The notes under the pieces: model-generated
Told to the model about the DNA's origin: nothing
The model's input: the letters and a program-made list of their open reading frames with translations, nothing else
The model's database searches: none
Program-made: the position numbers and the translations under genes
Source: a virus
Taxonomy: Duplodnaviria; Caudoviricetes
Length of the DNA: 64,000 nucleotides
Strand: one strand, 5' to 3'
IMG/VR virus record: IMGVR_UViG_3300045135_000807
Span: 36-64,035 of that record
Part shown: in pieces, positions 1-7,280 of the stretch
Layout of the letters: each line of letters starts with the position of its first letter
How positions within the stretch are numbered: the first letter of the stretch is position 1

Positions 1-310
1 GCATGCCGTTGTATACCTTCCTAGGTTTTATGTTTACGGTAGACAATGTATCTGAGGCGTATGGATCTGCATAATTAAATGTAGTATCTGAAACAGATTT
101 CTTCTTGGGCTTTACTGGCCCACCGTTGTTATATTTTCTGTATTTACTTTTCATCCTTCATGCAATTTGGAGAATCCTTACAATGACATACTTCATCACT
201 CCCGCATTCAAATGGATGTGGTGCAGTCATGTCTATATCGTATAAACGGTTGATCATAGCCACGCCAGCAACGATCCCTATGAGTATAATGATTCCTGTC
301 ATAAAGCAAA
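1..310. repeat. Terminal redundancy / circular overlap, copy 1
   Basis: Matches 63691-64000 except at positions 91 (A vs C) and 183 (A vs G). Confidence 0.95.
144..302 (-). CDS. Small membrane protein with Cys-rich C-terminus (second copy at 63834-63992)
   Basis: MTGIIILIGIVAGVAMIN hydrophobic helix followed by ...ECGSDEVCHCKDSPNC; overlaps the start of the next minus-strand gene. Start chosen at the ATG at 302. Confidence 0.55.
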   Translation of the reverse strand: MTGIIILIGIVAGVAMINRLYDIDMTAPHPFECGSDEVCHCKDSPNCMKDEK

Positions 311-1009
311 GATAATCAATAAAATAGCACGTGCATATGTCTCTTTTGGGACTTGAAAATGTCAAATATTTTATGTAACTTAGCAGAGTGATCAGTGAGG
401 TAATAGTTCAGATGCACTCACGACCGGAGTATTTTGATAGCTGTTCACCCCCCAGTGAAACAGCGATCTCTCAAAAGACGTTACAATGTAACGCAAGCCC
501 AATACTATACCTTTTCCAAACGTATTCCAAACACCTATCCCAGCGTGTTTACAACAGCTATATGCCCCTATCTCCCCTATGCTGTTCCTTCCCCCCTCTA
601 TAACCCAATACACCCCCGCAAATCCATCCTAACACACCTATACCCACAAATCAACACTTATCCACCCTTTTCACAGTTCTATTGGACCCAAAAAAACACC
701 TGAGAAATGTTTATGGTGGGGATTATATATACCTTTTCCTATGTGTGCCGCGCGTCCGAATCCGATTTCCAGACCACCCCACCCCACCGTTTGACGATCT
801 TTTGCACACTTTTTGAGCTTTTTGGGTGTACTGGTGCTGCAGCTTGGGCCGTGTTTGCTGCAGGTATTCAACAATCCCCTCCCAGACATTCACACACTCC
901 CAGAGCTAAACCTGTGGAATTCCGCCGAGCTCATCCTGTCGTACATGGGCACACATTTAATCATCTTTGGACGGTTTCTTTGTTGTGATCTTTTAGCGCT
1001 CACTGGCAC

Positions 1010-1064
1010 GAGCTGACGAGCTCAGGAGCTGACGAGCTGAACCCAGTTGAAGAGCTGACGAGCT
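1010..1064. repeat. Three direct repeats GAGCTGACGAGCT
   Basis: Exact 13-mers at 1010-1022, 1026-1038 and 1052-1064 in non-coding DNA upstream of the early promoter. Confidence 0.9.
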
Positions 1065-1103
1065 GCGGCCCGTTGATCATGTTAAATTCTTTTTTCTTTC
1101 AGT

Positions 1104-1135
1104 GCTTGCGTAATTCACAAATGTTCATATATTTG
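1104..1135 (+). promoter_or_regulatory. Bacteroidota sigma70-type early promoter
   Basis: TATATTTG (TAnnTTTG -7 box) at 1128-1135 with an upstream TTG; precedes the early gene array. Confidence 0.65.
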
Positions 1136-1344
1136 AAAAACAGTGTTACAGCTGTTGGCGTTCTTTGACATTTGGGGAAATAGTTAGAAACAGATCTGAA
1201 GAGCTAGAGTAGTGCCTAGCCAGTGCGCGAGGTTTTACCTTGTGCCGGGGCCCTGAGATGGGCCGAAACCTATTGCATAGCACATATGCAGCTGAGCCCA
1301 GTGAAAGCTGGGCCGGTCATCTGTTAACTAAACACTTTTTTATT

Positions 1345-1608
1345 ATGGATACTTTTGAAAAGGCAATGATCCAATTAGGACTAAACCAGTACAGAACGGA
1401 AGAGCAATTCGTTGAAGTAATGGACGATTGTTTCAACGGTAATTTTGAGCAAGGCGCAAGGAATTTCGTTCAATTTGGGTTTAGTGCACACGAGTACATT
1501 GAAAGACTGGAGGAGTACTGCGAGGGGCTCGTTAACGACAATGTAAAAGTTGAGCTTCTTAAAGATCTTGCAACACTGCTAGAAGTGAAGCAATACTTAG
1601 GTATTTAA
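1345..1608 (+). CDS. Hypothetical early protein
   Basis: ATG at 1345 (MDTFEK) directly follows repeat 1; the ORF-track extension to 1240 runs through the regulatory hairpins. Confidence 0.75.
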   Translation: MDTFEKAMIQLGLNQYRTEEQFVEVMDDCFNGNFEQGARNFVQFGFSAHEYIERLEEYCEGLVNDNVKVELLKDLATLLEVKQYLGI

Positions 1609-1670
1609 AAAAGAGCGGCCCAGTACGAGCTGGGCTGCTTTTGGTTATCTGTTAACTAAAATATTGAACG

Positions 1671-1904
1671 ATGTTTGATGCACACACCACCGTAAAAAGC
1701 TTGGATCATTTGAACGAGCTGAGAAAACACCAGTACACACTGGGCGAATTCCTATTTAATGAGCGCGGCGAAGTTTTTCTAGTAGAGGAAGCCGATGAAC
1801 TGTTAGAGGAAATAAGCTCGGGCCAGATCAACTACGCCATCAACTGGGAGAGCGAGATTTGGAGCGAAAGCGGAATATCTATTCCAGCCGTATATACGGA
1901 ATAA
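1671..1904 (+). CDS. Hypothetical acidic early protein
   Basis: 77-aa ORF between repeats 2 and 3. Confidence 0.75.
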   Translation: MFDAHTTVKSLDHLNELRKHQYTLGEFLFNERGEVFLVEEADELLEEISSGQINYAINWESEIWSESGISIPAVYTE

Positions 1905-1957
1905 AAATAAGAGCGCCAGTAGGCGCTCGGTTATCTGTTAACTAAAATAAAAAGACA

Positions 1958-2416
1958 ATGAAAAAAACAGTTTTTCTAGGCGAGGCCAAAGTTACTTACA
2001 AGGAAAAAAGAAACCCAGTAGAAGTAAAAATTAGGAGCTCACGGGATGTTTACAATCATCTAAGATCACACCTTAAAAAAGAGCTTCTTTTTGAGCGGGA
2101 GCATTTTGTTGTAATGTACCTAAACACGGCCAATACTATTATGTGGATTGAAACCGTTTCAGTAGGAACGAGTAAGAGCTGCACACCTGATAGTAACGCC
2201 ATAGTGAGAAGAGCGCTCACTGGTACAAGTACTTCCGTAATTGTGGCCCATAACCACCCAAGCGGAAATAAAATGCCCAGTGAGAATGACAGAAGATACA
2301 CTAAGGAGCTAAAAGAAAAGCTCAAAGTGTTTGAAATTCCGTTGTTAGATCATTTAATATTGACGAAGAACGAATACTACAGTTTTTCCGACAATGGCGA
2401 AAGGTCAGTAAGTTAA
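1958..2416 (+). CDS. radC: RadC-like JAB/MPN+ domain protein
   Basis: Intact JAMM signature: E (FEREHF) ... HNHPSGNKMPSEND, plus the LLDHLIL C-terminal motif. Confidence 0.9.
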   Translation: MKKTVFLGEAKVTYKEKRNPVEVKIRSSRDVYNHLRSHLKKELLFEREHFVVMYLNTANTIMWIETVSVGTSKSCTPDSNAIVRRALTGTSTSVIVAHNHPSGNKMPSENDRRYTKELKEKLKVFEIPLLDHLILTKNEYYSFSDNGERSVS

Positions 2417-2473
2417 ACTAAGAGCGTCCCTGATACGGGGCGCTTGGTTATCTGTTAACTAAAATAAAATAAG

Positions 2474-2620
2474 ATGGTAAAGGTATTTTTTGAATACAAA
2501 GGATACGCGGAGCATGTTCGTACGTATGCTACAGAACAAGAGTATATGAGCAATTTAATGGCCTTGGAAATACTCTGTGAGTCACTGGGGTTTGAAAGAA
2601 TAACTGAAACGATAGAATAA
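2474..2620 (+). CDS. Hypothetical 48-aa early protein (not in ORF track)
   Basis: MVKVFFEYKGYAEHVRTY...ETIE; ATG follows repeat 4; TAATG coupling to the next gene. Confidence 0.7.
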   Translation: MVKVFFEYKGYAEHVRTYATEQEYMSNLMALEILCESLGFERITETIE

Positions 2621-2781
2621 TGAAAGGATTTAGCGCAATTCAAAAAGCCATTGAGCTTAACTACCAGCTGGAGCAAGTGAAGAAGCTGGTATATAATATG
2701 GGCTGGGATTACGATAGAATGAGCAGCTCAGGTCAGCAATGCTACGAGGAGCTATGCGAATTATTGAATATTGAGCCATAA
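2620..2781 (+). CDS. Hypothetical 53-aa early protein (not in ORF track)
   Basis: MKGFSAIQKAIELNYQL...WDYDRMSSSGQQCYEEL; ends just before repeat 5. Confidence 0.7.
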   Translation: MKGFSAIQKAIELNYQLEQVKKLVYNMGWDYDRMSSSGQQCYEELCELLNIEP

Positions 2782-2832
2782 ACAAGGAGCGCCAGTAGGC
2801 GCTTCGGTTATCTGTTAACTAAATAAAAGAGG

Positions 2833-3546
2833 ATGAAAAGAATAGTTTTTACAATTCCTGACAAGGAATTACTGGTAGTTATCCGCAGTGGAGCTACTAC
2901 AAACAAGAAAATAAGCGGAGGAGGAAAGCTCGTGCAAACATACACTTTCAGTATGAGCCAGTATCACTTAGCCAATTCAGGGGCACAGATTACAATGAAA
3001 CAGTTTTTTGCGCTGGATAAAGCAAATTGTTTAGACTGCCCGTATTCAGGTAATTCAGGTAACGCTGGATGCTACACACACAAGTATATGCAATACTCGG
3101 GGTTTCTGTCTATGCTACGAAGCATAAAGTTAGAGGAGCTCGGGCCATTAACAAGAAGCAAAGGAGCGGACATAGTTGAGATGTGCTACGGAAAATATGT
3201 ACGCTTTGGTACATACGGCGAGCCATCACTGATGCCTATTTCATTAGTTGAAGCTATGGTATATGTTGCTAAAACTTGGACTGGATACACCCACCAATGG
3301 TCTAAAGACTGGGCCAGTAGTTATGGCCGTTATTTTATGGCCAGTACACACAATGATGAGGAAAGCTCAAAAGCTAAGGATTTAGGCTATAGATCATTTA
3401 TATCTGTTATACCTGACAAAAAGGTAAGCGGCATAAATTGTCCCGCAAGCTCCGAACAAGGATATAAAAGTAACTGTGAGAAGTGCGGCCTATGTTCGGG
3501 GATGTTAGGCAAGGGGGAAAAGAACATTTGGATTTTAGAACATTAA
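2833..3546 (+). CDS. Cys-rich phage protein, possible Fe-S/Zn binding (gp88-like)
   Basis: CLDCP...GCY, VRFGTYGEP, TGYTHQW and CPAS...CEKCGLC motifs. Confidence 0.6.
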   Translation: MKRIVFTIPDKELLVVIRSGATTNKKISGGGKLVQTYTFSMSQYHLANSGAQITMKQFFALDKANCLDCPYSGNSGNAGCYTHKYMQYSGFLSMLRSIKLEELGPLTRSKGADIVEMCYGKYVRFGTYGEPSLMPISLVEAMVYVAKTWTGYTHQWSKDWASSYGRYFMASTHNDEESSKAKDLGYRSFISVIPDKKVSGINCPASSEQGYKSNCEKCGLCSGMLGKGEKNIWILEH

Positions 3547-3557
3547 TTTAAACTACT

Positions 3558-3836
3558 ATGACTGGATTTGAAACAGACAAGAACAACACATTTATGTATG
3601 GTGATAGGAACGGCAGCCGACCTATGACCAGAGCTTACTGGAATTTAGCATTAAGCATACGAGATGTAGGCTTATTCTGTAAGGGGATATCGCCGAATAG
3701 ACATTGGCGATTAAAACATGTTAAACAGTATTTTGGTGTGACTGGAACGAAAGAAACCATCTTAAAAAAGCTAGAAGATATGATGCTAGCATATAAAATA
3801 GAGCTCGGGATTTACGAGGAGTCCGAGCTGAACTAA
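3558..3836 (+). CDS. Hypothetical early protein
   Basis: 92-aa ORF ending just before repeat 6. Confidence 0.7.
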   Translation: MTGFETDKNNTFMYGDRNGSRPMTRAYWNLALSIRDVGLFCKGISPNRHWRLKHVKQYFGVTGTKETILKKLEDMMLAYKIELGIYEESELN

Positions 3837-3886
3837 ATAAGAGCGCCAGTAGGCGCTCGGTTATCTGTAAATTAAAACTATACACC

Positions 3887-4138
3887 ATGCGATTAAAGTA
3901 TGAATACACCGAGGAATACAGAGCGAGATTTAGCCTTAATAAAGGGGAACGCTACTGGATGAATGAAGCTTTCAAGCTTTATAAAGATGCAATTCAAAAA
4001 GAGCTTCAGGAAATGATAAATAATGGCGACCGTCCATTTATACACCCAAGCTTCTTTGACCAGTTTTTTATTGATATAGAGAACAAGTTAGATATGTGGA
4101 CCAAAACTGATGAGCACAGATCAGTGGAGGAGGTTTAG
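3887..4138 (+). CDS. Hypothetical early protein
   Basis: 83-aa ORF between repeats 6 and 7. Confidence 0.7.
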   Translation: MRLKYEYTEEYRARFSLNKGERYWMNEAFKLYKDAIQKELQEMINNGDRPFIHPSFFDQFFIDIENKLDMWTKTDEHRSVEEV

Positions 4139-4199
4139 TTAACGGTATGTGCAAAGGAGCTCCAATAGGAGCTTCGGTTATCTGTAAAAAATTATAACT

Positions 4200-4745
4200 A
4201 TGAGAAATTTATTTAGTAACTGGCTAAAGCGCCAGTGTGGTATCATTGACCGGAATGGCGATGATATGATGAACTATCTACTAATGAAAGTGGATTACTT
4301 ATCGGAGAGGGTGGCATACCTGGAGTCCGAGAACAAAAAACTATTGGGCGATATCGCGGACCTGAACAGAGATTTGGAAAATGCTAAATCGGATTTTAAA
4401 TCGGATTTGGAGGAATTGGACCGTGTTGTTGACAATATTAAGAGCGATGTGGAGATGGGCAACTTTAACTACATATGGGAGGTATTGGATGAGCTCCAAA
4501 GAGATTACAAGGACCTTGAGGTTCCTGATGAAAGTGATATCAGGGACATAATACAAAGAGAGCTGGATGCATTGGAGCCATCACAAACGGAACTGGAAAC
4601 AGAGGATGCTGATAGCATACGCAAAATGGTGGTTAACACTATGAGCGATTTGATGGAGCACCGAGTAAGGATCCATAACCATACTATTTGGAAAAAGATT
4701 GGAACTGCAGTTGAAGAAATCATTGAGGAACATACAAATATTTAA
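4200..4745 (+). CDS. Acidic coiled-coil protein
   Basis: 181 aa, heptad-like, D/E-rich; follows repeat 7. Confidence 0.75.
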   Translation: MRNLFSNWLKRQCGIIDRNGDDMMNYLLMKVDYLSERVAYLESENKKLLGDIADLNRDLENAKSDFKSDLEELDRVVDNIKSDVEMGNFNYIWEVLDELQRDYKDLEVPDESDIRDIIQRELDALEPSQTELETEDADSIRKMVVNTMSDLMEHRVRIHNHTIWKKIGTAVEEIIEEHTNI

Positions 4746-4748
4746 ACG

Positions 4749-4934
4749 ATGGGTTATATCGGAGATATCAAAGTAGACTGTACGCTGACCTTTAAAGGGA
4801 GCGTAAGAGCAACACTCTATGAGATGATGACTATAGAGGAGATAATCCACGACATAATGCATGCTGGAGACTACGAGATAGAAGTAGTATCAGGAGGTAT
4901 GGATGTTGAGGAGGTTGAGGAAATTGAAGACTAA
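4749..4934 (+). CDS. Small highly acidic protein
   Basis: 61 aa ending DVEEVEEIED. Confidence 0.65.
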   Translation: MGYIGDIKVDCTLTFKGSVRATLYEMMTIEEIIHDIMHAGDYEIEVVSGGMDVEEVEEIED

Positions 4935-4997
4935 TTAAGAGAGCGCCAGTGGGCGCTCTTGGTTATCTGTTAATTATAATAATCTAATACAATTACA

Positions 4998-5375
4998 ATG
5001 GACATTTACACTATTGCTAAAGAAGAGGCGAACATTAAGCGCCAAAAAAAAGCCCTTGAAAGAAAGGTACTCGTAGATGATATGAGGAGGAGAGAAGCTA
5101 AGATGCTGGAAGCTTTTGATGATTTAGGCATCAAGTATTATAAAAGCCCTTGGTATAGAGAGCGAACAGAACAGGTGAATGGATCAATAGAATTTAAGTA
5201 TGATGTGTTCCTTACTACAGAAATGGGAAAAAAGAATTCCGTAGAGGTAAAGGCTGCTAAAAGCGGATACGAATTAAGAGAGAACTGGGGCGATTGTTAT
5301 GGTAATGACTACGAAACATTAGATGAGCTGATTGAATCTGTTGTGCGTTACATAAGAAGAGCAAACGGTTGTTAA
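4998..5375 (+). CDS. Hypothetical early protein
   Basis: 125-aa ORF between repeats 8 and 9. Confidence 0.75.
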   Translation: MDIYTIAKEEANIKRQKKALERKVLVDDMRRREAKMLEAFDDLGIKYYKSPWYRERTEQVNGSIEFKYDVFLTTEMGKKNSVEVKAAKSGYELRENWGDCYGNDYETLDELIESVVRYIRRANGC

Positions 5376-5428
5376 GCAAAGCGCCCAGTGGGCGCTGGTT
5401 ATCTGTTAATTATAATAATGCAAGAGAA

Positions 5429-5614
5429 ATGAATTGCGAAAACAAATCAAAGAAAGAGTGCATTGGCGATGGTATCGGGGATATCCGCTACGATGCATAC
5501 GGTATACCTACCGGGTATTACTGCGACAAGTGTTACCACGATGGTAACTATCCTTATCGGAAAGATAAGTACGAGTACTGGGAGCATGGCGAACGATTAG
5601 ATTGGGAAGAATGA
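5429..5614 (+). CDS. Small putative Zn-binding protein
   Basis: Start moved to the ATG at 5429 after repeat 9; four Cys including CDKC. Confidence 0.65.
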   Translation: MNCENKSKKECIGDGIGDIRYDAYGIPTGYYCDKCYHDGNYPYRKDKYEYWEHGERLDWEE

Positions 5615-5835
5615 TGGGATATAGAATATGCGATGAAACCAAGGAGCCAATGCAAGAGGGCTGGTTCCTTGCTGATGCTATATACTTAAAGTATCAAAAG
5701 GATGTGGATTCATACCTCATGGAATGGGCTAAAGATGACAACCTCCAATGGGAAGACATTGAAGAGCTCAGGGATCATTACTTTGATAATGGGATGTACT
5801 ACTGGACAACTTGGTATGATGAAGAAGAAGAATGA
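5611..5835 (+). CDS. Hypothetical acidic protein
   Basis: ATGA overlap with the upstream stop; C-terminus YYWTTWYDEEEE. Confidence 0.65.
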   Translation: MMGYRICDETKEPMQEGWFLADAIYLKYQKDVDSYLMEWAKDDNLQWEDIEELRDHYFDNGMYYWTTWYDEEEE

Positions 5836-5838
5836 ATT

Positions 5839-6021
5839 ATGAGCGATTACGATAAGATATACGATAAGATAGACACCATGAAGTTTTACCTCGGTCTTAG
5901 GGAGAATGTACTTTTTGTACGTTATCTTGAAGACATAGAACAATTTATAAACACTATTGAGGCGAAACAGAATGGAGAACAAAGAGAGAGAACGCATACT
6001 GTTGAGGATTTTAAAGAGTAG
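5839..6021 (+). CDS. Hypothetical protein
   Basis: 60-aa ORF in the operon. Confidence 0.55.
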   Translation: MSDYDKIYDKIDTMKFYLGLRENVLFVRYLEDIEQFINTIEAKQNGEQRERTHTVEDFKE

Positions 6022-6124
6022 TTTTATCAACAGTATTATAGTTATATCTTCAGGCCTCTCGTTTGTTTTTCTCTGCAAGTACATACTCGGTTTGTTATAT
6101 AACTTTATTACATTTGGAGGGTAG
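5972..6124 (+). CDS. Small membrane protein, 50 aa (not in ORF track)
   Basis: MENKERERILLRILKSSFINSIIVISSGLSFVFLCKYILGLLYNFITFGG; ends in the terminator stem. Confidence 0.5.
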   Translation: MENKERERILLRILKSSFINSIIVISSGLSFVFLCKYILGLLYNFITFGG

Positions 6125-6149
6125 TCCGTTGGGCTATCCTCTTTTTTTT
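6117..6149 (+). terminator. Rho-independent terminator closing the early region
   Basis: GAGGGTAGTCC-GTT-GGGCTATCCTC stem followed by T8. Confidence 0.85.
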
Positions 6150-6159
6150 GTCCTTTTTT

Positions 6160-6540
6160 AGCTGTGTTTGTGGGGAGCAAAACAGCATCCAGAAGAGTAT
6201 TTACTAAGTAAAAGACACGCTGGTTACGGAGACGATTAATACACACTCCGTGAGCACCAGTGATAATTGGAAACTATTACTGTTTCAATGGCTCGTACAA
6301 AAGTGTAAGCAGATGCTGGATTCCTATACCTTTCCGGTCTGCGGGTGACAATGCGACCGACAACTCGGTATGAGCTGTTCCTCTTAAAGGGTGCTATACC
6401 CTTTAGGGGATCTTGTAGCTCCCTCCAATCTGGTAAAAGCTGTTCTTAGTTACGGCAACGTCAGTTCTATAAACAAGGAGCGTGGGCGCACCACGCCCCC
6501 AGCGACTTGTTAAGTTGGTATATACAGGGAGTTTTTTTGA
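6160..6540. other. Highly structured non-coding region (candidate ncRNA or replication origin)
   Basis: Several nested inverted repeats; no credible ORF; lies between the early terminator and the replication genes. Confidence 0.45.
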
Positions 6541-6612
6541 TAAATTTTATACACGGAGTTGTTTATATCTCAGTTATTTCGTAGATTTAAACATAATTTA
6601 ATTCAATAACAT

Positions 6613-7146
6613 ATGGGGAACCATCAGTTCAAGACCACCAACATCAAGGGGAAACAGTATGTTGAGGTCAATGAGCGCGTCAAGGCGTTCAAAACGTTAT
6701 CGGAGTACAAGGATATGTCCTTGGAAACAGAAATCATTCAACTTACAGACGACAGCTGTGTAATTAAGGCTATCGTAAAAGACAAGGATGGCCGAGTTCT
6801 GGCCACTGGTATGGCGCAGGAGGATAAGACTTCCTCACGCATCAATCAAACAAGCTATGTAGAAAACTGTGAGACATCAGCCATTGGTAGAGCTCTTGGT
6901 TTTATGGGTATTGGTATTGATACTTCTATTGCTACTGCCGATGAGGTTGATATGGCTATTAAGAAGCAAGAGTCTTCACAATCTACACCTCAGCAGTCAA
7001 GCAGTTCTGATGTGTTCAAGCAATCTATTGACTATCTAAAGAACACTCCTGTAGATAAGAAGGAGATGTCTTTTGAGATGATCATGAGCAAGCACGGAAA
7101 GAAATTCTCTGAGAAGCAAGTAGAAGCTCTAAAGAAATTTATGTGA
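6613..7146 (+). CDS. Rad52/Sak-like single-strand annealing protein
   Basis: IKGKQYVEVNER...ENCETSAIGRALGFMGIG motif; adjacent to an exonuclease and an SSB-like gene. Confidence 0.7.
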   Translation: MGNHQFKTTNIKGKQYVEVNERVKAFKTLSEYKDMSLETEIIQLTDDSCVIKAIVKDKDGRVLATGMAQEDKTSSRINQTSYVENCETSAIGRALGFMGIGIDTSIATADEVDMAIKKQESSQSTPQQSSSSDVFKQSIDYLKNTPVDKKEMSFEMIMSKHGKKFSEKQVEALKKFM

Positions 7147-7280
7147 TGACAAGCAATGAAAACAATCTTGTAATCAACCTTGAGTGCCTTAAAGAAGGGA
7201 CTACCGTTTTATATAATGGTAAAGAGTTCACTTGGCACGAAGGATTGCTTTACAACGAAGAAACCAATACCTGTTTATAA
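7146..7280 (+). CDS. Hypothetical 44-aa protein (not in ORF track)
   Basis: MTSNENNLVINLECLKEG...; coupled by TGATG and TAATG overlaps at both ends. Confidence 0.55.
   Translation: MTSNENNLVINLECLKEGTTVLYNGKEFTWHEGLLYNEETNTCL

Larger units (their letters stand above)
1295..5416 (+). repeat. Array of 9 intergenic hairpin + GGT(T/C)ATCTGT(T/A)AA elements
   Basis: Copies at about 1295-1332, 1611-1660, 1911-1946, 2422-2463, 2786-2823, 3841-3876, 4156-4190, 4937-4980 and 5380-5416, each a short AT-rich spacer upstream of an ATG. Confidence 0.93.

Noticed and set aside
388-1016. Overlapping short ORFs in the gap before the early promoter
   Set aside because: They overlap each other on both strands, have low-complexity composition and non-ATG or weak starts; the region looks non-coding.
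1196-1270. Hammerhead ribozyme (CTGAAGA ... CGAAAC)
   Set aside because: The stem after CTGAAGA is followed by CAGT rather than GAAA, and the later CTGAGAT does not fit CUGANGA; no consistent stems I/III were found.
1929-1940. GGTTATCTGT core as a DnaA box
   Set aside because: It shares only TTATC with TTATCCACA, which is too weak to call despite the DnaA-like gene.
1295-5416. Early repeat array as a CRISPR array or classical integron
   Set aside because: The spacers are whole genes of 250-1000 bp, the repeats are degenerate, and no cas genes, tyrosine integrase or attC-type core-site arrangement were seen.
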